Below, piece by piece: positions 39,156 to 49,839 of a stretch of DNA of 64,000 bases (positions within the stretch are counted from its first letter, which is position 1; the number at the start of each line of letters is the position of its first letter). The position numbers and the translations under genes are program-made. This DNA comes from an uncultured delta proteobacterium (lineage in GTDB: Bacteria > Desulfobacterota > Binatia > UBA9968): positions 544,001-608,000 of the forward strand of contig CAVSHR010000005.1 of assembly GCA_963727625.1 (NCBI GenBank). The letters are read 5' to 3'. The notes below the pieces were generated by a model that was not told the origin of the DNA, made no database searches, and was given only the letters and a program-made list of their open reading frames with translations.

Positions 39156-40298
39156 ATGATCAAACAGTATCTACTTTCACCCGGCCCGACGCCGATTCCT
39201 AACGAAGTTGCTCTGGCGATGTCGGAGACGATGATTCACCATCGGACGCCGCAGTTTAACCAAGTCTTCAACGAGGCGCGCGAAGGTCTGAAACGACTCT
39301 TCGGCACCAAGAACGACGTATTGATGTTGGCGTCATCCGGAACCGGCGCGATGGAAGCGTCGGTCGTCAATCTGTTTTCTCCTGGCGATAAAGTCCTGGT
39401 CATCAACGGTGGCAAGTTCGGCGAGCGCTGGCGCAATATCTCCAATGCCTACGGCTTAAATCCCGTCGAGCTTAAAGTCGAATGGGGCCATGCGGTCCAA
39501 GTCGGCGACGTCGAAAAACAGCTCAATGCCAACCCGGACATCCAGGGGGTGATGATTCAAGCCAGCGAAACTTCGACCACGGTGTTTCACCCGGTAAAAG
39601 AAATCGCCAAGATTACGAAAGGCGGACCGCTGTTTCTAGTCGACGGAGTCACCGCAGTGGGCGTCGCGCGTCTGCCCATGGATGACTGGGGCATCGATGT
39701 GCTGATAACCGGATCGCAAAAAGCGCTGATGCTGCCGCCCGGCCTGGGGTTCATCGCGCTCAGTGACCGCGCGTGGGACAAAAGCAAAAAAGCCAAGCTG
39801 CCGCGCTTTTACTTCGATTTGAATCTGGAGCGCAAAAACCAGCAAAAGGGCTCCGGCGCATTCACGCCGGCGGTGTCATTGATCTTTGGCGTGCGCGCTT
39901 CGATACAAATGATCGAGCGCGAGGGCCTGGAAAACGTTTACGCGCGCCACGCGCGCCTGTGCCGTGCCACGCGCGCCGCCGTCACCGCGATGGGGTTAAA
40001 ATTGCTGGCCCCCGACAGCCCGAGCCCGGCGGCTACCGGTGTCTATCTTCCCGACGGCATCGACGCCGACCAGGCGCTTGAATATCTCCGCGATAAAATG
40101 AACGTCACCCTCGCCGAAGGCCAGGATCAGCTCAAAGGCAAAGTGATCCGCATCGCCCATATCGGATACATGGGCGCCTTCGACGTAATCACTGCGATCG
40201 CCGCCTTGGAAATGGCGCTGAGAAAATTCGGCGCCGAAATTCCCCTAGGCAAAGGTGTCGCAGCCGCACAGGAAGTCCTGCTGGAGGCTTTGGCTTAG
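39156..40298 (+). CDS. Class V (serine-pyruvate/alanine-glyoxylate-type) aminotransferase; probable phosphoserine aminotransferase
   Basis: LSPGPTP, SSGTGAMEA, ETST, VDGV, TGSQKAL PLP-Lys; directly upstream of serA. Confidence 0.88.
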   Translation: MIKQYLLSPGPTPIPNEVALAMSETMIHHRTPQFNQVFNEAREGLKRLFGTKNDVLMLASSGTGAMEASVVNLFSPGDKVLVINGGKFGERWRNISNAYGLNPVELKVEWGHAVQVGDVEKQLNANPDIQGVMIQASETSTTVFHPVKEIAKITKGGPLFLVDGVTAVGVARLPMDDWGIDVLITGSQKALMLPPGLGFIALSDRAWDKSKKAKLPRFYFDLNLERKNQQKGSGAFTPAVSLIFGVRASIQMIEREGLENVYARHARLCRATRAAVTAMGLKLLAPDSPSPAATGVYLPDGIDADQALEYLRDKMNVTLAEGQDQLKGKVIRIAHIGYMGAFDVITAIAALEMALRKFGAEIPLGKGVAAAQEVLLEALA

Positions 40299-40301
40299 CT
40301 T

Positions 40302-41885
40302 ATGAAGATTCTCGTCACGGATTCGCTCGCTCCCGAAGGCCTCGAAGTATTTAAAAACGCCGAAGGGTTTGAAGTCGACGTCAAGATTGGCCTCAAGCCG
40401 GTCGAGCTCAAGAAAATTTGTGGCGACTACGACGGCTGGGTCATTCGTAGCGGCACGAAAATTACCGCCGACTTGATCGAAGCGGCGAAAAATTTGAAAG
40501 TCATCGGGCGCGCCGGCGTCGGCTATGAGAACATCGACGCCGACGCCGCTACCAAGCGTGGCATCGTGGTCATGAACACCCCCGGAGGCAATAACGTTAC
40601 CACCGGCGAGCACACCATCGCTCTGATGATGGCGCTGGCCCGCCATATCCCGCAAGCCATGGCCTCGCTCAAAAGCGGCAAGTGGGAACGTAATAAATTC
40701 GTCGGCGTGGAACTCTGTAACAAGACCATCGGCGTCATCGGCCTCGGCAATGTTGGCCGCATCGTCGCTGAACGAGCCGCCGGCTTGAGAATGAAGGTCA
40801 TCGGATTCGATCCGTTTATCGCTGCGGAAAACATCGCGCGTATGGGCGTGGAGCCCGGCACCCTGGAGGATATATTCGCCAAGTCGGATTTCATCACCGT
40901 GCATGTACCGTTGACACCGGAAACCCAAGGCCTCATTAACAAGGCGGCTTTCGCCACGATGAAAACCGGCGTGAGGATCATCAATTGCGCGCGCGGTGGC
41001 ATCGTCGACGAGAACGATCTCGCCGATGCGATCAAATCCGGCAAGGTCGCGGGCGCTGCGCTTGACGTTTACGTCGAGGAGCCGCCAACAAAGGATCACC
41101 CGCTGGTCAAACTCGATCAAGTGGTCACCACGCCCCATCTGGGCGCGTCCACCGATGAAGCTCAGCTCAACGTCGCCATAGCTGTTGCCGAGCAGATGGT
41201 CGATTTTCTTGCCAAGGGAGTGGTCCGCTATGCGGTCAATGTACCGTCTGTCAGCCCTGAATTATTGGCGGTGCTGCGACCCTACCTAACCCTCGGCGAA
41301 AAACTCGGCAGCCTGCACACACAGATAGGCGGCACGCTGCCCAACGAAGTTCACGTCGAATACCGCGGCGATGTGACGCAATATAACGTCGCGCCGCTCA
41401 CCCTAGCCGTATTGAAGGGGCTTCTGTCGCCGGTTTTAGAATCGGCCGTCAATTACGTCAACGCGCAGATGATGGCGAAAGAACGCGGCATCAAAATCGT
41501 CGAATCGAAAGGCGAGGAAGCCGGCGATTTTGCCAGCTCGATCACGGTCAAGGCAAAAAACGGCAAGGAAAATCTCGAGATCGAAGGGGCGATCTTCGGT
41601 GCCAAGCATCCGCGCATCGTGCGGGTCAATAGTTTCTATCTCGAAGCCGTACCCGAGGGATATATTCTCATCTTGCAAAACAACGATGTCCCAGGGGTCG
41701 TCGGTGCGGTGGGCACCATTCTCGGCAACAACGGCATCAACATCGCCGGCATGGAACTCGGCCGCAGCGAAAGGGGCGGAAACGCAATCTCTTTCACGCA
41801 TGTCGACGAAGCGGTCGGCAAGAAAGCTCTCGACGAGCTGCGCGCCCTGCCGCAAATCGTCTCGGCAACGTTGGTAAAACTGTGA
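40302..41885 (+). CDS. serA: D-3-phosphoglycerate dehydrogenase (with ASB and ACT domains)
   Basis: IRSGTK, GRAGVG, GLGNVG, NCARGG, TPHLGAST.EAQ, C-terminal DVPGVVG ACT domain. Confidence 0.95.
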   Translation: MKILVTDSLAPEGLEVFKNAEGFEVDVKIGLKPVELKKICGDYDGWVIRSGTKITADLIEAAKNLKVIGRAGVGYENIDADAATKRGIVVMNTPGGNNVTTGEHTIALMMALARHIPQAMASLKSGKWERNKFVGVELCNKTIGVIGLGNVGRIVAERAAGLRMKVIGFDPFIAAENIARMGVEPGTLEDIFAKSDFITVHVPLTPETQGLINKAAFATMKTGVRIINCARGGIVDENDLADAIKSGKVAGAALDVYVEEPPTKDHPLVKLDQVVTTPHLGASTDEAQLNVAIAVAEQMVDFLAKGVVRYAVNVPSVSPELLAVLRPYLTLGEKLGSLHTQIGGTLPNEVHVEYRGDVTQYNVAPLTLAVLKGLLSPVLESAVNYVNAQMMAKERGIKIVESKGEEAGDFASSITVKAKNGKENLEIEGAIFGAKHPRIVRVNSFYLEAVPEGYILILQNNDVPGVVGAVGTILGNNGINIAGMELGRSERGGNAISFTHVDEAVGKKALDELRALPQIVSATLVKL

Positions 41886-41915
41886 AAACCAGGCAAGTGG
41901 CACGAGGACGTAAAT

Positions 41916-41971
41916 GTAGGGCCGCGGCACGGCGTGCTCCTACTCACGCCTCACGCCTCACGCCTCACGCC
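41916..41971. repeat. GTAG-type REP-like palindrome followed by (TCACGCC)x4
   Basis: GTAGGGCCGCGGCACGGCGTGCTCCTAC (41916-41943), then four exact TCACGCC heptamers (41944-41971). Confidence 0.75.
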
Positions 41972-41974
41972 TGA

Positions 41975-43276
<1,302 letters not shown>

Positions 43277-43682
43277 GATACATAGGCTGGGAGGCATGAG
43301 ACGAATTCGCATTCTCACCCTTCCTGTCTTCCGCCACTCCCCTGAAGACTAGCGCAACTTAAAAATCTCGAGATACTGCATAAGCGAAGCGTTGAAGTCT
43401 TGGTAGTCTTCGGGATTCTCGATGAGGTACTTGAAGCCACGGAAAAGCCGGGCCGCGTTGGGATACGGCGACTCTCGACCGCGGGTTTTGAAACGGCGTC
43501 TTGCCCTCCTTCGCGCTCAAAATCGGGCAGATGAATGGGTGGCATTTGGAACCGATAAATAAATCAATGTTTCGCCCGTTTTTCACGCGAATATGGCAAA
43601 CTAACACCGGTCTGACCTTGAATAGGGGCCCGTCGGTGTTTATCATGTTACGGGTCAAGAGCTTGCAATACAGGAGGTGCCT

Positions 43683-43991
43683 ATGGAAGGGGAAGCAACC
43701 AGTAAAGAAAGACTCGTGAGTGATCTCAGAGTCCTGGTTAACGACGCGGAAGAGCTGCTCAAGGCGACCGCAAGCCAAGCCGGGGAAAAAATCTCTGTGG
43801 CGCGGCAAAAGATCGAGCAAAGCCTGGTGGAAGGGAAAAAAGCGCTTGCCGACGCGGAACTATCCCTTGTTAAGAAATCGAAAGAATGCGCCGAAATCGC
43901 CGATGACTATGTCAGGGAAAATCCCTGGAGCGCGGTGGGCGTCGCCGCTGCCGTCGGTTTGGCGCTGGGGTTACTGATCCGCAGCAGATAA
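43683..43991 (+). CDS. ElaB/YqjD/DUF883-family protein
   Basis: DAEELLKATA, DDYVRENPWSAVGVAAAVG C-terminal TM; RBS AGGAGG. Confidence 0.9.
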   Translation: MEGEATSKERLVSDLRVLVNDAEELLKATASQAGEKISVARQKIEQSLVEGKKALADAELSLVKKSKECAEIADDYVRENPWSAVGVAAAVGLALGLLIRSR

Positions 43992-44001
43992 TCGCCTCGA
44001 A

Positions 44002-44412
44002 ATGAGCGATCGAGGAAGCAGCCCGGACCAGGAGGGGCCGTCGAGCTTTACGCAGCCGTTCAAGACCGCCGTGGCGGTTTTGAGCGCGGCGTTGCACACG
44101 CGCCTCGAACTGTTCGTTACCGAGCTCGAAGAAGAGCGCGAGCGGCTCAAGCAGACCTTAACGCTCACCTTCCTGGTGATATTCGGCGCCAGTTTCGGTT
44201 TAATCTTATTCACGATCTTTATCGTCGCGCTGTTTTGGGAAAACGGCTGGATCCCGGCAATCGGGATTTTGGCGCTGGTTTATTTCGGCGTCGCCGTCTT
44301 AGCCGCGGTCAAACTCCGAAGCGCGATCTTAAAACGCGCCGGTCTCTTCCCCGCCACCTTGGCTGAACTCGGCAAGGATCGCGATCATTTGAGAGCATCC
44401 GCTCGTGAATAA
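44002..44412 (+). CDS. YqjE-like (phage holin family) membrane protein
   Basis: TRLELFVTELEEE, 2 TM segments, FPATLAELGKD; yqjDEK-like synteny. Confidence 0.85.
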   Translation: MSDRGSSPDQEGPSSFTQPFKTAVAVLSAALHTRLELFVTELEEERERLKQTLTLTFLVIFGASFGLILFTIFIVALFWENGWIPAIGILALVYFGVAVLAAVKLRSAILKRAGLFPATLAELGKDRDHLRASARE

Positions 44413-44710
44413 GCGCTTCGAAGATATCGCCCGGCGTAAACAAGCCCTGATCGAAAAGGCCGCCATGGAACGCGCTGAATGGGCCGCCGCCTATCGTCGA
44501 ATGCGCTCCCCTTTTGATTTGGGCCACGCCCTCCTCGGGGCTGGCCGCGCTCTCAAGGCTTACCCCATGGTCGCCGCGGCAATTTCGAGTATTTTGGTAA
44601 GCGGCTATGCGGGACAGCTTCTCAGGGGAACCGGCGAGATTTTTAAGCTATGGCGCCTGGTGCTACCGCTCCGTGCCTGGTGGTCCAAGCGCCGGCGCAT
44701 CGCGTCTTAA
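44405..44710 (+). CDS. YqjK-like protein
   Basis: RKQALI..AA.ER, YP motif; third gene of the yqjDEK-like operon. Confidence 0.65.
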   Translation: MNKRFEDIARRKQALIEKAAMERAEWAAAYRRMRSPFDLGHALLGAGRALKAYPMVAAAISSILVSGYAGQLLRGTGEIFKLWRLVLPLRAWWSKRRRIAS

Positions 44711-44768
44711 TCCACCACTTTAAAAATTCAATTTTTGACCATCGTCCAGGGCTCCTGAAGCCTGCGAA

Positions 44769-46454
44769 TTATTCCATCCTGGCCCTTTCTGTTTTGCGTG
44801 GGTCCGCCGCTCCGTTCAATATATTTCCCTGCCAAGTGATCGCTTGCACCACGCCGAGCGAAGTTCGCTCCCTGAGCGCATGGCCGCGCTGCTCGAGCGA
44901 TTTTTTCGCTTCGACGCTGATCTTGGCTTCCAGGTTCAAACGGTCCGGTAGCCACTGATGGTGAATGCGCGGCGCCGCCACCGCCGCTTTTACCGGCATG
45001 CGAAAATCGATCACGTTCAAAATGGTCTGCAAGGTCGCATTGATAATGCGCGGCCCACCGGCAGCGCCAACCACCATCTCGGGCTGACCGTTGTTTAAAA
45101 TAATTGTCGGCGACATGCTGCTTAGCGGCCGTTTATTGGGCTGGAGCGAATTGGCTTGGTTGCCGACCAGGCCATAAACGTTACCCACCTCGGGGTGGAT
45201 GGTAAAATCGTCCATTTCGTTGTTCAAAACGATGCCCGTTTTTGATACGAGCAATTTCGAACCAAAGCGCGTGTTGACCGATTGGGTAACCGCCACGGCG
45301 TTGCCGAAGCGATCGACCACGCTGAAATGGGTTGTCCCGCCCTGTTCGGCGTGAAAGTTGTAATAACCGTAAAATGCCGGCGGCCGAGTCTTGTCCGGCG
45401 CGATCCGTTTTCGAACCCATGCGGCGTAGTTTTTTGCCGTCAATTTACCCACCGGCACATGCACGAAGTCCGGGTCGCCGAGAAATTGCGCTCGATCCGC
45501 AAACGCATGCTTCATTGTCTCGCTGAGCAGATGCAGATAAAAGGCGGAATTATGCCGGAACTCGCCGAGCGGATAGCCTTCGAGAATATTGAGCATCTCG
45601 ACGATCGCCACGCCCCCCGAACTCGGCGGCGGCATGGTAATCACGGTGCGGTTTCGATAGGAGCCGATGAGCGGCTTGCGCCATACCGGTTTGTAGTTTT
45701 TGAGATCGTTAAGCGTCATGACGCCGCCGGCTTTCTTGATCGTCTCGACGATCGCTTCGGCGATCCAGCCGCGATAAAAAACCGATTCACCTTTCCGGGC
45801 GATGGCTTTAAGCGTTTCGGCCAGCTCCGGCTGGCGAATTATCTCGCCGTCCTTGGGCACTTCGCCATTGGGCAGATAAATCCGGCCAAGCTCCGCGAAA
45901 CGCTTCATATTGGTTTGCTGACGCTCGATGGCAACACCCAGGGCCGGATCCAAGGGAAATCCAGCGCCGGCGAGCTTGATCGCCGGCGCCGCCAAGACCG
46001 CCATCGGCAACGTTCCGAAGCGCCTGCGGGCCTCGATCAGGCCGGCAACTTCGCCGGGCACCGCGACGGCAAGCGCTCCAGTGAGGCTCAACGACGCCGC
46101 CGGCTTGCCGTCTTTCATATAAAGCTCGCGCCGGGAGGCGGCCGGCGCGGTCTCGCGAAAATCCAGCGCAAACGACTGTTTGTCTCTGGCGCGGTAAAAC
46201 ACCAAGAAACCACCGCCGCCCAGACCGGAAGACGCCTGATCGACCACAGAGAGCGCCAGCGCCGTGGCGACCGCCGCATCCACGGCGTTACCACCACGTT
46301 TCAAAATTGTCATTCCCGCATCGCTCGCCAGCTCACTATCGGCGACCACCAAGCCTGTGGCGGACTGGAGCGTTCGGCCGTGGGCATCGGATTGAAAAAG
46401 CGCGAAGACGACGAAAAAAACCAAAAATAGGCGACGGCGATTCGTGGAGTGCAT
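44769..46454 (-). CDS. ggt: Gamma-glutamyltranspeptidase
   Basis: GGNAVDAAVA, DFRETAP, PPPSSGG, catalytic TTHFSVVD, NNEMDDF, RPLSSMSP, ADPR. Confidence 0.95.
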   Translation of the reverse strand: MHSTNRRRLFLVFFVVFALFQSDAHGRTLQSATGLVVADSELASDAGMTILKRGGNAVDAAVATALALSVVDQASSGLGGGGFLVFYRARDKQSFALDFRETAPAASRRELYMKDGKPAASLSLTGALAVAVPGEVAGLIEARRRFGTLPMAVLAAPAIKLAGAGFPLDPALGVAIERQQTNMKRFAELGRIYLPNGEVPKDGEIIRQPELAETLKAIARKGESVFYRGWIAEAIVETIKKAGGVMTLNDLKNYKPVWRKPLIGSYRNRTVITMPPPSSGGVAIVEMLNILEGYPLGEFRHNSAFYLHLLSETMKHAFADRAQFLGDPDFVHVPVGKLTAKNYAAWVRKRIAPDKTRPPAFYGYYNFHAEQGGTTHFSVVDRFGNAVAVTQSVNTRFGSKLLVSKTGIVLNNEMDDFTIHPEVGNVYGLVGNQANSLQPNKRPLSSMSPTIILNNGQPEMVVGAAGGPRIINATLQTILNVIDFRMPVKAAVAAPRIHHQWLPDRLNLEAKISVEAKKSLEQRGHALRERTSLGVVQAITWQGNILNGAADPRKTERARME

Positions 46455-46590
46455 AACTTTCTTGTTGGTCTAATGTTTTACCTGAGCTTTTGCAACTTAC
46501 GGTCCTGCGCGGAGTCATTATGCTTGCGCTCGACGACACCTTCTTTCATAGTGATTTAGCTTCGAGAGGCATCGGAGCGTCCTGCGAATC

Positions 46591-49500
46591 ATGCAAACGA
46601 TCTTAGGGCCATTTCATCCTTACCTCGAAAACGCCATCGTCGATGAAATTCTCACGCGTAAAAAGGCCGATGCGCTTTGTCCGCTGCTAGTGCTCGTCCC
46701 TTCGGAAGCTTTGCGCCGGCATTTGAAACAGCTGCTGAGCGGGCATCATAAGTTGTCTCTCATTAATCTTCATCTGCTGACCTTCTACCAACTCTCCGCC
46801 CGACTTTTTGCCGAAGTTCACGGCTCACTGCCGGAGTTGCGCGACGATCTGTTTCTAGAAGAAGTGGTGCGCCAGCTCGTGCGCACGCGCCAAGCGGGGG
46901 CGGAGATCTTTGCCGGCATCGAAGATCGAGCCGGCGGCTGCGCTGCGCTCTGGCAGACCCTGCGCGACTTGCGCGACGGCCTAGTCGATCCGCAAAACGC
47001 ACTGGAAGCGAGCCACGAGGGGCACTTGGCACGCAAAAGCGGCGAACGCACCGAGCAACTGTTGCGTCTGCTTCAGGGATTGTTGAGCTTCTGCGACGGC
47101 CATGAGATTCAGAATCATTCCGACCTGGATAAGTTCGGCGCTCGACAAGCGGCGGCGTCACCGTTTCTCAGACAGTTCCAGCGAATCTTCTATTACGGCT
47201 TTTACGATCTCACACAAATTCAACTCGATGGTTTCCAAGCCGTCGCAAAGAACTATCCGACGACTTTATTGTTTCCGCTGTTGCCGATCCGACCGAGCCA
47301 TAACGGCTGGACGTTTGCCGAACGATTTTACGAACGTCACGTCCAGGGCTACAACACCGAACCGACCCGTGATCTCCTCAATGCCGCCGAACCTTCCCTT
47401 CCGGCAACATTGCGCCTCTTCGACGAGCAGGCTGACCGGTCTTACCGGAGTCTGCCGGCCAACTGGCACTGCGTTGTCTCGAACAGCTTTGGCGTCTACG
47501 ACGAAGTCGCCGCAGCAGCCAAAGAGATCCTTCGGCTCGTTGACGACGAGCAAATGGCTTTTGGAGAAATCGGCTTGGTCGCGCGCAGCCTCGATTCATA
47601 TGGCGATGCCATTGCGGAGGTCTTCCGCGAACATCAAGTTCCGATTCAAAGCGCCATCGAAGCGCCGCTGGTGCAATTTCCACTCATCAAGGCGGCGATT
47701 CTGCTCTTCAGCATGCCGGCCAAGGATTTTCTCCGCTCCCACGTGATCGATCTTCTCTCATCGCCCTACTTTCAGCTCGGGAAACCCATTGAGGCCGACC
47801 CGCCGCGGCCGGATCTGTGGGACCTCGCCAGCCGTGAGTTGGCGATCTGCAAGGGCGTTCTGGAATGGCGCCGGCTGCGAAACTATGCCAACCGCGATCT
47901 GATCATTTCCCAGCTCAGTGGCGATGACGAATTCCGCGTCATCCGCATCGCCGCAGCGCAGTTGCGTGCGTTGTCTGATATCGTCGAGAGTCTCACCACT
48001 GACTTACAGGCTCTACCTGAAAATGATTCCTGGAGCGGCTATGCCGCGGCCTTCAAGGAGCTACTCCGCAAATATCTGGGCGTTTCGGTTGACGAATCGA
48101 GAGCAGAGAAAAACAGCGACGAGTCGTTGAAGCAAAAGATCTTCGCGCTTCTCGATCAGATTGCCGCGCTGGACGCCGTGAGTGCTCGGGTGACGCTCAG
48201 TGATTTCAGCCTGACTTTCGAACATTGGCTGGAACGTTCCAGCTTGGACCCAAGCGCCAAGGATGTCGACGGCGTTACGGTGATGAATGCCACCGCAGCC
48301 CGCGGGCTTTCCTTTCGCGCCCTTTTCATCCTCGGCCTCAACGAAGGGATTTTTCCGCGCACGATTCGCGAGGACGCGTTCCTCCGCGACCGCGACCGAG
48401 AAGTTCTCGAGCGTGACTTAGGCTACAAGGTCAATCCGAAGCTCGCCGGCTTCGATGAGGAAAAACTGCTTTTTACCTTGCTTGTCGGCGCCGCGCGCGA
48501 GCGGCTTTGTGTTTCATTTCAACGCGCCGACGAATCCGGCCGCGCCCTGTCGCCATCTTGGTATCTCGGCGAACTCAAACGCGCCCTTGGCGACGAAGCG
48601 CGAAGCCGGGTTACCGAGATTACGATTCCGCGGAGTCTCACCGAGAAGTCGAGCTCCCCGCCCTTTCACCGCGACAGCTTGTTGTTGCCCGAAGAGCTTG
48701 GCATCCGCCTGACGCTCGAGGACCAGGATCCCAGCGCGTTGATCGAGAATTTTTCCACCGCGCCCCGCCTCTACAAACACGGTCGCAGAGTCGTCGCCGA
48801 GCTCGATCAAAACGGTGACCAGCTGCGCGGTTTCGACGGTGCGGTGGGACCACTGGCCGATCATTGGCAGCATTTCATCCGGCGCGGCGTTTCGCCCACG
48901 GCGTTGGAAACCTACGCCCGTTGCCCTTATCAATTTTTCGCACGTCACGTGCTCGGCCTCGAGCGACTTGAAAGACCGGAAGACGTTTCCGGACCGGGCC
49001 CGGCGGAGTATGGTGAGCTCGGCCACACCATCCTCAACGGAGTCTATCAAACGTTGGTCGATTGCAATTACTTCGCCGGCAAATCTGCGGATGTCGGATT
49101 AACCGTCGAAACCGTCGCGCACCGGGTATTCGCTGAATACGAAAAGAACCAACCGGTCGGCTACGCGCTCACCTGGCAATGCCTCAAAGAGCAACTGACC
49201 CAATTGATCCGCGACGTCGTGACTCTAGATCTTCAAGAGATGGCCGATTCAGGATTTGTGCCGGCTCATTTTGAAGTGGAAGCGACCGAGCGCTTGCCGG
49301 ACAAGTGGCCGGAACCGCTGCGCGGTGTGATGATTCGTGGACGGATGGACCGCATCGATACCAACGCGGAGAACCATAACCTGCGGGTCATCGATTATAA
49401 GTTTAAATTCGGCGCCGGCGCCACGGCGCAAGACAAGAACCTCGATCGGGCGGCGCTCAGAGGGGAAAGGCTGCAACCGCCCTTCTATAGCTTGCTCGGT

Positions 49501-49839
49501 AAAAGTTGGGCGCGCCAGCAAACCGGCCAGCCGGCCGAAGTCGGCGCGGAGTTTTATTACATCGCCGGGCGCTGGTCCAATGGCCCATTGGTGACCGAGG
49601 CCTTCAACGCCGCCGGTCTCGAAGGGACACTCGGCGCGGAGATCGCGAAGACCATCGCTTATCTCGCCGATGGCATCCGTGAAGGACGCTTCTTTATCCA
49701 GCGCGGCACCCACTGCGATCATTGTGACGTCGCGGAGATCTGCCGGAAAAATCACCCGCCCAGTTTGTGGCGTGCGGAGAACGATCCGATCACGAGGCCG
49801 CATCGCGAGCTCAAAAATAAAGACCCGAAGAAGTTATGA
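46591..49839 (+). CDS. addB: AddB-like inactive helicase + PD-(D/E)XK nuclease with Fe-S staple
   Basis: YGFYDLT, ARGLSF, SPTALETYARCPY, RGRMDRID..VIDYK, CDHCDVAEIC; no Walker A. Confidence 0.8.
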   Translation: MQTILGPFHPYLENAIVDEILTRKKADALCPLLVLVPSEALRRHLKQLLSGHHKLSLINLHLLTFYQLSARLFAEVHGSLPELRDDLFLEEVVRQLVRTRQAGAEIFAGIEDRAGGCAALWQTLRDLRDGLVDPQNALEASHEGHLARKSGERTEQLLRLLQGLLSFCDGHEIQNHSDLDKFGARQAAASPFLRQFQRIFYYGFYDLTQIQLDGFQAVAKNYPTTLLFPLLPIRPSHNGWTFAERFYERHVQGYNTEPTRDLLNAAEPSLPATLRLFDEQADRSYRSLPANWHCVVSNSFGVYDEVAAAAKEILRLVDDEQMAFGEIGLVARSLDSYGDAIAEVFREHQVPIQSAIEAPLVQFPLIKAAILLFSMPAKDFLRSHVIDLLSSPYFQLGKPIEADPPRPDLWDLASRELAICKGVLEWRRLRNYANRDLIISQLSGDDEFRVIRIAAAQLRALSDIVESLTTDLQALPENDSWSGYAAAFKELLRKYLGVSVDESRAEKNSDESLKQKIFALLDQIAALDAVSARVTLSDFSLTFEHWLERSSLDPSAKDVDGVTVMNATAARGLSFRALFILGLNEGIFPRTIREDAFLRDRDREVLERDLGYKVNPKLAGFDEEKLLFTLLVGAARERLCVSFQRADESGRALSPSWYLGELKRALGDEARSRVTEITIPRSLTEKSSSPPFHRDSLLLPEELGIRLTLEDQDPSALIENFSTAPRLYKHGRRVVAELDQNGDQLRGFDGAVGPLADHWQHFIRRGVSPTALETYARCPYQFFARHVLGLERLERPEDVSGPGPAEYGELGHTILNGVYQTLVDCNYFAGKSADVGLTVETVAHRVFAEYEKNQPVGYALTWQCLKEQLTQLIRDVVTLDLQEMADSGFVPAHFEVEATERLPDKWPEPLRGVMIRGRMDRIDTNAENHNLRVIDYKFKFGAGATAQDKNLDRAALRGERLQPPFYSLLGKSWARQQTGQPAEVGAEFYYIAGRWSNGPLVTEAFNAAGLEGTLGAEIAKTIAYLADGIREGRFFIQRGTHCDHCDVAEICRKNHPPSLWRAENDPITRPHRELKNKDPKKL

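Noticed and set aside
41944-41971. Tandem repeats as a possible CRISPR array
   Set aside because: 7-bp units without spacers and no cas genes; the AddB/AddA nuclease domains are Cas4-related folds but belong to the repair complex.
43652-43669. GG-N10-GC sigma-54-like site before the yqjD-like gene
   Set aside because: Poor -24 context, and the implied start site would fall on the RBS.
44002-44412. Holin as evidence of a prophage
   Set aside because: Standard yqjD-yqjE-yqjK-like chromosomal operon; no phage genes nearby.
45282-46430. 382-aa plus-strand ORF
   Set aside because: Antisense shadow of ggt; no motifs, and expected from GC-rich codon bias.
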